This document shows positions 1-11,544 of a DNA stretch of 64,000 bases, piece by piece (position 1 is the stretch's first letter; the number at the start of each line of letters is the position of its first letter). Below the pieces are notes generated by a model that did no database searches, had not been told where the DNA came from, and saw only the letters and a program-made list of their open reading frames with translations. A program made the position numbers and the translations under genes. Origin of the DNA: Podarcis tiliguerta (taxonomy: Eukaryota); the NCBI GenBank assembly GCA_965153285.1, contig OZ229110.1; one strand, written 5' to 3'.

Positions 1-2396
1 AGCCCACAGGCATGTTTTCCACAAATCAGGTGACTGAGTGTGATTTCCAGTTTCAAAGATTAGATTAAATAGATTTTACCTGTGACAGGATTGATAACAG
101 GTCAGTTTCAAAACACATGGCCTAGAGCTGCTCATGAGCTGCTACATCGTCAACATTTGTTATTCTGTAAATTGCCCACATCAAAAGGTTTTTTTTGGGG
201 AGAGAATTTTATGCTACGTCACCTGGGTCAGCAGAGGATGAGTCTTGATTTAGGGCAGTTGTGCAATATTTTGTATAATAGTTTACCCTGAATATAACTA
301 ATGCTCAAGGAATGCAAGTCAGGTTTGAGACCATCTGAGGCACATTAACATGGCCAAATTTCAGAAATGTAACAAATTATATTGAAAACTGGTCATTTTT
401 TGGTAATGCATGCTCCCTAATACAAATATGCCAAGAAAGAGAATGAAGCTTTTGGCCCACTATTCGAGATAAAGTTAAAATACCATACTAAAAAAGAATG
501 TTTGTAATTGGAGAGCTAATACATTATTAACAAGAGCTCGAGCTCTCTAGACTTCAAGTAGCTTGCATCACACAGGAAAGCTGAAGAGGAATTAAGGAGG
601 CACACACAGACCTCCTATATCCTATAATAATGCTTTCACTGGAGGAGAAAGCAGGGCTCTTGGGTGATCATTCCATTTGTGGGTACTGCAACTATGCTTG
701 GAATAGATTGTTCAGTGTTCTTAATTAATTTCCACAATTTGTTATTGGATCCAGGTGACTGATAATTTCTGCGCCACCATGTAAAATTATGCAGATGTTC
801 ATTTATTGTCCTGATCAAACACTGAGTTTTCATAATGTTATTGTTTCTTCATCAAGCCTTTAATAAAGAGGGATGAGAAACTTTCTTTCTTTTTTAATGT
901 TGGTAGTATAGAAATATCTGTAAATAAATAAATAGTTTGTATGACCATAGTAATATGAACACATAGCTGGTGAACATATGCAACAGCAGTTTCTGTATTT
1001 TTGGATTTAGAACAAAACTGGGACAATTCTTTAAAAATCTTTAAGATGGCCTAAAAGGACTAATGAAAACATAATTAATATTGCACATTATTGTACTTCT
1101 TAATTTACTCTTTGATCCAGAAACATAGCACACACCTTCACCACTCCCCCCCCCCAAAGGTATCTCCATGTGGGATAGAAACTTGATTGAACACTAATAT
1201 TTACATCTGATCTCCATGAAATTGACTTGAATGCTGTTTTGGGGCTGTGGACTAAATGAAATTTTATAAATACGAAGTTTATGTATGTGTAGCAAAAATC
1301 AGCTACATACATGCTATCAACTGGATTGTGTTTTCTAATTATCCATAGTCTGTAGCTCCCAAGTTAAAGTATGCTATGTAACAGAGGTGGGGCGTGAACT
1401 AACTTGTATATACACCCTGTGCTGTGTGTAATAGTGTTGACTCTCATAATTCATTCAGTATGGCAAATTTTCTTCTCAATTACTGAATTATGTAGCAAAT
1501 TTGAAATTGTGCTATGCATCTTCTTTGGCATAATGTCAGCTGCTGTGTATGGGTGTTTAAACTTTACTTTTGCCTCTTTGATTTATTTATGCAAGCAAGA
1601 TTTGTCATGAATTTTAATCCAAGCAAAACGCTGTGACACCCACAATAGCCTGTAAATCTGCTTTGCTGTAGCAGCAGCAGCCCTATGAAAAGAAGTAATG
1701 TGGAATAGTTGTAAGCTCTGCCAAGCCAGTTTCTCATCTCAGGCATTGTTGCATAAAATGCATTTTATGTATTGGAAGGAAACATACATCTGGAGTCTTT
1801 AGTTATTTTTTAATACAGAACAGTAGGACCTTTGGGAATATTGTGATTTCTAAGTTTTCTGATAGGCATGCTCCCACAGCAGAAGTGCTTTCTTCACAGA
1901 GATATACACTGCTACAAGTCTTTATTCATTTATTTATCATGCTGCAATTCCCTAAAAAGAAAAGACTTATTCTATGCAAAAAAATAAAAAAACAACCCCT
2001 CACATTGCTCCAATGGATAATCACAGATTCTGTTTAAATAATTGATACATAAAATTACTTTTGCCGACTAGCTCAGTTATAGTCATGTGACAGGGTATAT
2101 CGTGTTTTAACCAGAGCAATTATTATTCCACAAAAAAAAAAAAAAAAAGTACAGAAAGGAGCAGTGAAAGGAGTTGAGTTCAGTGTGTAGGTTTGTGGAA
2201 GGAAGCCAACACATTTGTCAAAGCAGTTACACCAACTGAAAACAGCTAAAACAGATAGTCACAGGAATAGGATGGGCCCTCGGGTGTCAAAGGCCAAGGT
2301 AAAGAAATGTCGCTGCAGCATCCACCCAAAACAGCAAAACAGTATAGTGAAGATGCTACACACACTTCTCTGAGGAGGAAATGCCACAATTTAGGC

Positions 2397-2532
2397 CAGG
2401 CTTCCTCAAACTCGCCCCTCCAGATGTTTTTGGCCTACAACTCCCATGATCCCTAGCTAGCAGGACCAGTGGTCAGGGATGATGGGAATTGTAGTCTCAA
2501 AACATCTGGAGGGCCGAGTTTGAGGAAGCCTG
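2397..2532. mobile_element. Palindromic non-autonomous hAT-like MITE (136 bp)
   Basis: TIRs CAGGCTTCCTCAAACTC / GAGTTTGAGGAAGCCTG; the internal arms are also inverted (cctccagatgtttt...aaaacatctggaggg); related degraded copies at 26342 and 48678. Confidence 0.85.
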
Positions 2533-3436
2533 GCCTAAATTGTGGCATTTCCTCCTAACAGAAGCAATGCTGATTTAGGCATTGCTACAGAGTATGCCCT
2601 CTCCCAGGCCACCCCTACCTGAACTTCTGAGGGAGGTGGAACTACCAAGACTGCTCCCTTCAGTACTCATAACACCCCGAAGGGTCTGTACAGAGGGCAA
2701 TGATCTCTCAGGAGCATAAGTTGTAATATAAAGGAAAGGAAGGATTTGTCTATTTCTAGTCTTTGTCAGTTTAACACGTGTTCATGCCCAAGTCCATCCC
2801 ATGCCACTTCGGCATTAATCTATCCATTTTAAAAATCTACATGGAAGTTCATATCTAAACATTTAAATATGCACCCCCCAAAAAAACACACTTTTCTAAA
2901 TGTATTTTATCCTAAAATGTGCATTTCCCCCCTGTGTATATTTACAGCAGAGAACTGCATCACAAAATCTGAAGAAATGCGAAATCCGAAGGGTGACTGT
3001 GCTCCAGTTGTCACAAGTCCTCCAGGTGGTGTGGATCAGGTCAGTTCTTGTTGGAATTTGCAAAGACGGAATTCCTCAAGCATGCTGGGTAATGTAATTC
3101 AGGTTACAAACGGATGGATTAGTTCACCTTTTGATTTCAAATCGTTAAGAGGTCCCTGTAAAGAAACTATTATGGAACTTAATGGAAGAGGCATAACGTA
3201 GACCTTAGGGGCATGGGCTTTATGGTACATTTTGATAGGAAACGAAGTGCAGCAAATATAATCCATACTGAATGCCAGAAGATGTAAATTTGATTGTGAA
3301 GACTTCTGTAACAGTTTTTAGGACCACAGCTCAATGTTTCAGGACGTGTAGGCACATGGTTCAAAGCCCGACCATAGCCAGATCTTTGTTTTTGTTTATA
3401 TACACAATGGGGTTATCTAGTTATCTTCTAATTGGA

Positions 3437-3542
3437 AATGCCTCTGTCTGAGATCTTTGAGAGCTTCTGCCAGTCAGAGTAGGCATAACTGACCTGGATG
3501 GAGAAATAGTCCAATGTAGTATAAGGCAACTACCTATGTCCT
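3437..3542 (+). mobile_element. Squam3-type SINE, 3' half
   Basis: ctgccagtcagagtag...ctggatgg...agtataaggcaactacctatgtcct matches the Squam3 3' region; similar to other copies in the window. Confidence 0.7.
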
Positions 3543-3848
3543 TTCAGGTTAATAGTCCAGTGTTCTGGGAGATAGGAGCGCCCCCTAGCTTGGGGGCACT
3601 AGCTTGGGGAAAGGCTGCCCTAGACCATTATAATTGTGAGCCCTCTTAGTAAGAATGCAATGCCCCCACCCTATGACTGTAACAGGGTAGAAGAAAGAAC
3701 GTGGCAACAGATTATATATATTTTTAAGGGAGGAGGAGAAAGTGGGCTATTTTAATAATAGAGAACACGATATAATATAAACTGATATTTGAACCTATTA
3801 TTGCACAAGAGAAAGCACCTGCTTAGGTTATAAATGCTACAATGTGTG

Positions 3849-3875
3849 CAGCAGCAGCAGCAGCAGCAGCAGCAG
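3849..3875 (+). repeat. (CAG)9 microsatellite
   Basis: Direct reading. Confidence 0.95.
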
Positions 3876-4515
3876 CTTTTGGCCTGCACCATGTCTTCAT
3901 CTTCTCCTTTCCCCAGTGAGAGTTATGCAAAACCATGTAACTCGCTGGCATGTAAGTCACAGGCTGCCCTCAGGCTAACTTCTGCACTTCGCTTTTTGTA
4001 CCATGTTCAAGTTTCGTTCTGCGGGATATGCATATCTTGCAAATAAGGTCTCTAATGGGGGCTGCTATGCGTTTGGCTGACGGTGCAGTTTTGCTTCTTG
4101 AGCAGCAAACACATGGTTCTGCTTTTGGAAAGGCAGAGCAGATGAACTGCTTGGGAGGGAAGTTCCCAATCAACTTCTTGATTCACACAACCATATGTTT
4201 AGTGGTGGGTATTACTGTGAGAGGACTTCTGTTGTCATATAGCCCCTTTGTGTGTGTGTGTGGGGGGGCACACGTGAGTCTTGTGTATGCTCAAATACAT
4301 GTCAAGATCAAAGACCTCAGCTCCTGACTCAACCATCATTTTGAAAGTTTTCCCAGACAGTTATAAATAACATGTTTAAAAATATCTAAGCTGTGATTAT
4401 ATATTACTATATGATTGAATCATCTGTCCACTACCATTGTGCTTTTTCTTTGGCATAGTTCAGAGCTGCAAGGTTTCACATGTGAAGGCAATTGTTTTCC
4501 TGTCTGCTGTACTCC

Positions 4516-4583
4516 TGCATTGCAGGGGTTGGACTTGGTGGCCCTTGAGGTCCCTTCTGACTACAGATCTATAATTATATGAT
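4516..4583 (+). mobile_element. CR1-type 3' tail (CR1 LINE or CR1-tailed SINE)
   Basis: cctgcattgcaggggttggact...gaggtcccttc followed by a degraded (ATTCTATG)-like tail. Confidence 0.65.
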
Positions 4584-4617
4584 ACTTTTGTCAAGAGCTG
4601 CTGGAATTTCTGTATGG

Positions 4618-5772
4618 CTGGTGGAGATGAATCAGTGTACAGTGGGGAGGTTCAAAAAAGTATCTACATGGTGCCTAGAGAATCTTGCACCTAAATATTA
4701 GCAAGACAAAGGAAATGGTGTTGGACTTTCAGAGGAAGAGAGGGGAACTAGCCTCGTTGTATATCGGGGGGTGGGTTGTGTGGAGAGAGTCTCTTCCTTT
4801 AAATTCCTGGGAGTTTACCTTAGTGAAGACCTCACTTGGAAAAACAATATAACTTAGGTGGTTAGGAAGGCCCAACAGAGACTCCATTTCCTCAGGGTCT
4901 TGTGAAAGAACAATGTTAAACAACAATTGATGACCTCCTTCTCAATAGAAAGTGTCCTCTCGTATTGTATCACAGTGTGGTACGTTGGCTTGACAGCCAC
5001 AGACAGAAAGTCTTTACAGAGGGTAGTGAACACAGCACATGATATCATGGGCTGTCCCCTGAGCCCGCTAGATGACATCGCAAGGGATCCTTGCCGTAGG
5101 AGAGCGAGAAAAATTCTCAGGGATGATTCATACCCCAGCCAGCACCTCTTTAATCTTCTACCCTCGGGCAGGAGATATAGAAGTACAGTGGTGCCCCGCA
5201 AGACGAATGCCTCGCAAGACGGAAAACCCGCAAGACGAAAGGGTTTTCCGTTTGCAGAGGCACTTCGCAAGACGAATTTCCCTATGGGCTTGCTTCGCAA
5301 GACAAAAATTGACGAAAATTTTTGAGTTTTCCCCCCACTCCAAAACCCCTTTTTCTGAAGCGCTAAGCTGCTAAAAGCCTTTTAGCAGCAAAACCGCTAA
5401 TCCCTTAAGCCTTAAAAAGCCGTTTTTAGCCCTTAAACTGTCAATAGCGCTAATAGCGCTAATCCGCCAATGGGCTTGCTTCGCAAGACGAAAAAACCGC
5501 AAGACGACAAGACTCGCGGAACGGATTCTTTTCGTCTTGCGAGGCACCACTGTATAATCAGGCCTACCAACAGGCTAAAAAACAGTTTCTATCCGTGGGC
5601 TGTTCGGCTGCTAAATGGAAAATAATGTAGTGCAACTGACTTTTGGGGTTGGTGTGTTGTGTGACAAGCACACAGAGTGCAATGAGACTGAGTGTTTGTG
5701 GGTGGGGGAGGGAGGCTCAGTTAATTTCATTATAGACAGGTTGTACATTGACAATAAAGGTATTATTATTAT
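4618..5772 (+). mobile_element. Rex1/Babar LINE, 5'-truncated (RT C-terminus plus 3' UTR), split by a MITE
   Basis: Peptides LNISKTKEMVLDF, VERVSSFKFLGVYLSEDLTW, IESVLSYCITVWY...LQRVVNTA...HLFNLLPSGRRYRS, then after the MITE IIRPTNRLKNSFYPWAVRLLNGK* (stop 5623-5625); 3' end GACAATAAAGG(TAT)n; several frameshifts. Confidence 0.9.
5186..5552. mobile_element. Tc1/mariner (pogo/Tigger-like) MITE, 367 bp
   Basis: 22-bp TIR CAGTGGTGCCYCGCAAGACGAA (1 mismatch); TA TSD at 5184-5185 and 5553-5554; CpG-rich. Confidence 0.93.
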
Positions 5773-6354
5773 GGCTGCTTTTTGTGGTGAACCGCTGAAG
5801 GTAGCATTCTCTCAATGAAGACCCTTCTGGATTGACTCCGCCTACATGGCTTGCCATCAGATCATCTGTGCAGCAAGGAGTATTCACAGCTTTCTTTTCC
5901 TCCTGAACCATTTCCACTGAAAGTCTTCCTGAGCTCTGGTGTGTCGCTGTGTTCTTGGTTGGTCTCTGCTCCTGCCTTGGTCTTTGGTTCTGATCACTGA
6001 CTGTATCATGTTCCCTGGCTCCTGGCTCATCTCTGCCTGCTGCCCAGAACACAAGCCCTGGCAGTTGTTTGGCAATTTGCTGTGCTTTTCTATTTGTTCA
6101 TCATTGTCTAGTAACAGCAGGAGGAGAGGCAGCAGACTTGTTGGGAACAACACCTGGCACCTCCTCCTAAAAAGCAGCTGTTGCTGCCTGCACTATTTGA
6201 GAGAGAGATAGAACTGTGCTGAAGGGGTGAACACATGGTCCCAATAATTCTTAGCAAGCTGGATTCAGAAGATGGGGGGGGGGGGGAGAGCCTATTCAGG
6301 CTCACCTCCCCAGCAGAGACTTGAGAAGCCATGCTCACCTGTCCTTTCATGCCA

Positions 6355-7300
6355 CATGAAGACAGGCTGCAGCTGGTGCAGAATGTGGCTGCTAGATTGG
6401 TAAATCAGGTCCTCCCTTAATGAGGGCACGTATTGCAGTGAGACCTGGACAACCGGCACCCTGTGTTGTGGATGGATACAATTGGTCAGCCACAACACCC
6501 GATTGGTAGGTCCCTCAAAGCTGGGTGCAATCTGGCCAATGGGACGCAGTCCAAATGGTTCGAGGGAACTATTTATGCCCATGCACATGACCCAGAGCTG
6601 CCTCTTTCAGTGCATGCATTCAGAACACCCGCCCACCTCTCTCTACTTTTAGGGCTTGCTCTTGACCTTGCTATGCCGTCATGTGTCGTCTGTCGTTGGG
6701 ACAGGGGGACGGCAGGAATTTCCCCCACTTGCCTGATTGGCTGTTGCCATTTGGGTTTCGCCTGCCACGTAGCAAATCGTCACAACTTGTAAGGTTGTGG
6801 ATAGGCTCTGGTTCAGGTGATAGGGATGGGAGAATGCTCTTGCCATCCCTATGTGAAGGGTATTCCTTTAAAGGAATCCAGGGACTCAATGGTTTGGTCA
6901 ACCCCTGAGAGGGGGTTGTGCCCATGCCTGAGTCCAGGGGGACATTTGGGTGGCGGAGTTAGCCCGTTCCCGGCTTTCCGCTTATCCAGGTGCTCAGCCT
7001 TGGCTGACCTATGCTGGAACCGTGTGTCAGCGCTACCTCCATGCAGGGAGCTAGTCAAACCAGACCCTATGCAACCAGTCACTTTTTTGTATAAATAAAG
7101 TTGTGGCCTAAATTCTTCCAAAAACCAAACCAAAATTTTAGCCATGTGTGAATTTATTTGGGGTGGGGGGAGAGGTTTCTGGGTCTGAACAAGCAATGGT
7201 GCAGCCTGGTGGGACCCAGTGTCTCCAAAGCCATAATGGCTGCCATTGAGATACCAGGCACAGTTCAAGGTGTTAGTATTACCATTGAGATACCATAACA
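6355..7300 (+). mobile_element. Old L2 LINE fragment interrupted by an LTR-like element
   Basis: LQLVQNVAARL before ~6400; WLPLRYQAQFKVLVL-like sequence after ~7230. Confidence 0.6.
6404..7191 (+). mobile_element. LTR-like element (solo LTR), copy 1
   Basis: CCAAT/ATTGG boxes and a TATA-like site near 6570; AATAAAGTTGTGGCC near 7095; ends ...GAACA; homologous to 45271-46038 in reverse orientation; left boundary approximate. Confidence 0.75.
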
Positions 7301-9029
7301 TCTTGACCAATAGCAACCACCTCGGCCCCTACAATTGGCAGGGGAGGCCCTGTTGGTGATGCCGCTGATGAGTTCTGCCCAGTTGCTTTCATTGGATCAC
7401 CCTGAGTTCTAGTATTTCTCCATACCATCAATAATATAATGCAGCTCTATCCTGCCCCTCACCTCTTTACCCTCATTTTTTCCTAAACTAAAAAGCCCCA
7501 AATATAACTTTTCCACATACGGGTGGTGCTCCACCCCTTTGGTTTTTTGGTTGTTCTTTTCTGATGCTTTTCCAGCTCCTTTTTGGGGACAGGCCATTCT
7601 TGTCACCTGTTGCCCTTTTCCAATTAATTATTTACATTTTCTCCCTGTTAGTGGTTCATTTTATTAGCTTTCAGGGTTCTTCATTTTGGTGTTTTAGGGA
7701 AATCTGTATTTCTTTCATACTCCTTTTCTTCTTCTCTCTCTCCCCAATGTTGTCTTCATTTTACACTCATTTATGTTTGCTTTCTATACTTGGTATTTGT
7801 ACAGTACTTACTTTTCATGACCTCTTTGTTTCTGCAGCTGCTGGTGGGTTTATTTTAGGAGGTGAGGGAATGGGCTGCTGGCTTTTACTCTGGCTTATCA
7901 ACCCAAATGGCACAAAGGGAGAGTAAAGCAAATCTCTAAAAAGGCAGGAATCCATTCACAGAACCCTGTCCAATTTTTTGCTGTAAATAATTTATTTTTA
8001 TTATTCTTTAATGAGAGAGAGCCATGCCAGTTTCATTATTCAGAAGTGGTAGTGCCTGAAATGTTAAGGTTGTGTCAGAAATATAATGGAAGATGAAATA
8101 CATGACCAGTCTTAATAACTTTTTTGTGGGGTACATTTCTGGAGCTTTGCAATGTCCTGAGTGGTTTCAATTTTAAAGTGTATGTAGGGGAGTTTTTGGA
8201 AGATAAATAAACAAGCAAACAAGAAAGAAAGAAAGAAAGATGTGCTGATATATTTTTTAAATGATTATTTTTAGAACAGTCACAGCCACCCCCAACCAAC
8301 TTCTGGAGTCAATTACAAGTTGTATTAGCATTATCTTGGGCTTTTACGGCAGGAAAGTGTCCCTGAACATATGCAGAACATATTTCCCACCTTCCTGAGT
8401 AACTGAGCAGTCCCTCTTCAACACATTATCGGGTCCCAGTCTATACAAGCAAAGGGCAATGTCTAGAGCTGGGCCAAAGTTTTCATCCCACACTTTTCCA
8501 GCAATTTCACGGACAGAGGGAAAAGGTCAAGGGAAGATAGTCTATAGTTTCTGTAGGGGCAGGAGAGGTTACTATTGTAAGATGAGATGACAGAGCTTTG
8601 CGCTTATTTGTCTTTCTTTTACTACCTGAAAAATTGCTAAAAATACCCCCTCTTTAAGGGGGACTAATGGCTCTGTGTAAATTGGCAGAGAGAGATTTGA
8701 GTTAGAAGCATAGAAATGTAGAGTTGGAAGTCATCACCTTACATCCTTGCATTGCAGCTTTGAGATGAATAATCCAGTTTTTTTTATTTTTAACTAGGAC
8801 TATTTATTTCTTAACTATACATCTAAATGGCTGTTTAAGTGGTAAATAATACAGCTTTTTTTTAAAAAATGGAGCAGGTCAATAGCATTAGTAGAGTGCC
8901 TTTATTTCACTGCTGCATGAATATCAACTGAGCATGCTCAGCCCCCCTTCCCTCTCTTTAGAAGTTAACATAACTTAAGGTACTAGAAAGGAGTAACTTG
9001 GGAAGTGTAGGGATGCCAAGAAAGAGGGA

Positions 9030-9225
9030 ACTTAGCCCAGGGCTAAAGTAACTGCTTTGAATGCTGAAGGTCCCAACTTCAACCTTCACCATCTCTCCTT
9101 CAGAAAGAAGGAGCAAGTGATGGGAAACTTTGCCCGAGACTCTAGAGAGGCTCAGTCAGTCAAAGTAGACAAGACTGGGCTAGACAGATGGATGATTATG
9201 GCCTGGAATAAGGCAGCTTCCCATA
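9030..9225 (+). mobile_element. Squam3-type SINE, degraded
   Basis: aaggtcccaacttcaa (B-box region)...cagtcaaagtagacaagactgggctaga...ataaggcagcttcc. Confidence 0.65.
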
Positions 9226-9824
9226 GGCTGTCCCAGAGACCTCTGAATCCCCAGGGCAACCTGTCCTTTCCAACAGAGAGGAGGACCTGCTCTTGCACTG
9301 CGTTTAGTCATGTCAACCTTGGAATGCCCAGCTTTCAACCCAACAGGCGTTGCTCTCTGTGTGCAATGAGATGGCACATAACCCCCAGAGACATATTGTA
9401 GAGGCCTCACAGGAAACCTCTGATCTTACCAATGGACCAGCACCTACAAGAAAGAATCTCCTGTAGCCTTTTTGAGCATTGGGTAGGGTGGTTGTGGTTG
9501 TGGACTGTCTCCAACCCAGCTGTGTTGAAAAAAATAGCAGCTTATACAGGGAGAATCTGGGCTCTATAATTTCAAGAATTTGGCTGCTCTTCGGCTAATT
9601 CATAGAATATTATTATTTATTAAATTTTTGCACCACCCTTTATCCAAAGCTCACAGGGTGGTTCATAGAACAGCCTTTGGGATGGGGCATAAAAAAATTG
9701 GATCATATAAAAATAGTTAAGCAGTGAACATCTTGGCCAAATTGATCTATACACCTATGCACAGCACTAGCACTCCCCACCAACAAAAGAAGATTTGCAG
9801 TCATGTGTTTAATCATCATCATCT

Positions 9825-9985
9825 AGGATGCTGCCTTCTACTGAGTCAGGTCCTTGGTTCATCTCGCTCAGCACTGTCAATACTGACTGGTAGTGGCTCT
9901 ACAGGAGACATTCCCAGGCCTGCCTGGACTGAAGATAGGACCTCTTGCATGCAAAGTAGATGCCCTAAGACTGAGCTACAGCTCT
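9825..9985 (-). mobile_element. Squam3-type SINE
   Basis: Reverse complement has a tRNA-like head gctgtagctcagtc...gcatctactttgcatgcaagaggtcc and the Squam3 3' end. Confidence 0.75.
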
Positions 9986-10942
9986 TGCCTAAACCAAGCT
10001 TGCTTGGGTATTTTTAAAATTTAAAGTCTTTACATCCCACTCTGCAAACTTCCTGGGGCAGGGAGCTAATTTCCATAAAGCACCAAGCACATTAATGGCA
10101 GCAAACAAATGCATGTCCTTCTTAATTGCACATGTATTTTGTATCATTTCCTTGCCACAAGATTTGTTCATTTATGGGATTCCTTACCCGCCCTTCACCA
10201 AAAAGGTGGGCTATTACAATGCAGGTTACAACAATATAACATTGTAAACAGTTAAAGCAATTTACATCAGAGTATTAAAATCAGTTAATATTTATAATAT
10301 GTCTTATATAAAGTAGTCCTAAGACACAGCATCATTCCTTTCAGTGAATCAAGAGTATTCTGCTATTTAAAGAAGCCAACAAATAGTTTCCAATGAATCA
10401 TTGTGTTTTCATGGCATCTGATGCTTCATTAGCACATCTGAATTGTTCTAACTCTCTCTTGATATCCTGGATATAAATGTTTAGGATTGTGTAGGGACTA
10501 GGGGAAATAATTAGCCAAGGCACAAATTACAGTTAGGGTACCTTACGACAATTGACATTCAAAGTACTGAGGCAGCTATTTGCCATTTGTGATTTGGGGA
10601 ATCTCAGCTTTGTGTCCATTATAGTTAAACAAAGCCTAATTTTATAGCTGTGTATGCTATAAAATTGGATCAAAATGGATCTGGGATAATTCTACTCGGC
10701 TGAATTTGGTGTTCTCTCACTTAGGATAAATGGTTAGCATTGGAGATATGGAGTCGTGATAGCAATATGCCATAAAATCCAGATTGTGGATAGACCAAAA
10801 AGTGTTCACAAAAAATAAAACCTGGATGAAAGCACTCAATGAAATTGTTTATAATTGCTTGTCCCATCCATATACACAGATATTGCATAGGCTCACATCC
10901 TTCCTTGCACTTACATAAGTTTAGCTCCGTTGGTTTAGCTAA

Positions 10943-11112
10943 TCAGATGCCTCTTGAGAAGCGCACAAGCAGGACACCATGACAATATCCTTCTCTCACT
11001 GTTATTTCCAGCAACTGGTATTCAGATACATGCTGTGTCTGATTCTGAATGGAATATATAGTCATAATGGCTAGCAACCTGCATGAATTTGTCTTTTTGT
11101 CCCTTCAAAGCT
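10943..11112 (-). mobile_element. Old CR1 3' region fragment
   Basis: tttccagcaactggtattcaga...atggctag...catgaatttgtct resembles the squamate CR1 3' end on the minus strand; similar piece at ~43400-43495. Confidence 0.55.
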
Positions 11113-11245
11113 ATTTAAATAAAGTCACTAGTCCTGAAAGTGCTGCATTTTTCTTTATTTATTTGAAAGTATTTAAATATTGTCTGATATTTTAAAAAAT
11201 CTCTAAGCAGTGTCAGTGAGTTACTGGGTCTAATTCAAGGTGTTA

Positions 11246-11544
11246 GACTGGAAAGTAGCCAATGTAACACCAATTTTTAAAAAGAGGTCCAGGGGAAATC
11301 CTGGAAATTACCAGCTAATTAGCTGAGAAACTCTGTCCTGGGAAAACTAGTGGAAAGTACTGTTTAAGAGAAAATAACCAAGCATATAGAAGAACAAGTC
11401 TTGCTGAAGCAGAGCCAGCACAGCTTCTGGAAGGGCAAGTCCTGTCTCACCAACCTATTAGAGTTCTTTGAAAGTGTGAACAGCTATATAGACAGACGTG
11501 ACCTGGTGGACATAGTGTACTTTGACTTTCCAAAAGCTTTTGAC
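11246..11544 (+). mobile_element. CR1 LINE reverse-transcriptase fragment (pseudogenised)
   Basis: DWKVANVTPIFKK..GNPGNY...PGKLVES...QSQHSFWKGKSCLTNLLEFFESV...VDIVYFDFPKAFD, with stops and frameshifts. Confidence 0.92.

Noticed and set aside
3834-4046. Poly-Gln ORF
   Set aside because: Chance translation of a (CAG)9 microsatellite; no splice or homology support.
4854-5300. 148-aa minus-strand ORF
   Set aside because: Antisense shadow of the Rex1 and MITE chimera.
5800-6200. Possible LTR fragment
   Set aside because: Composition is LTR-like, but I could not define termini, TSD or orientation.
7400-7800. Possible degraded L1 fragment on the minus strand
   Set aside because: The T-rich skew is suggestive, but no convincing protein motif could be read.
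10943-11544. Opposite-strand CR1 pieces as one twin-primed 5' inversion
   Set aside because: The pieces come from distant parts of CR1, are separated by ~130 nt of other sequence, and show no shared TSD.
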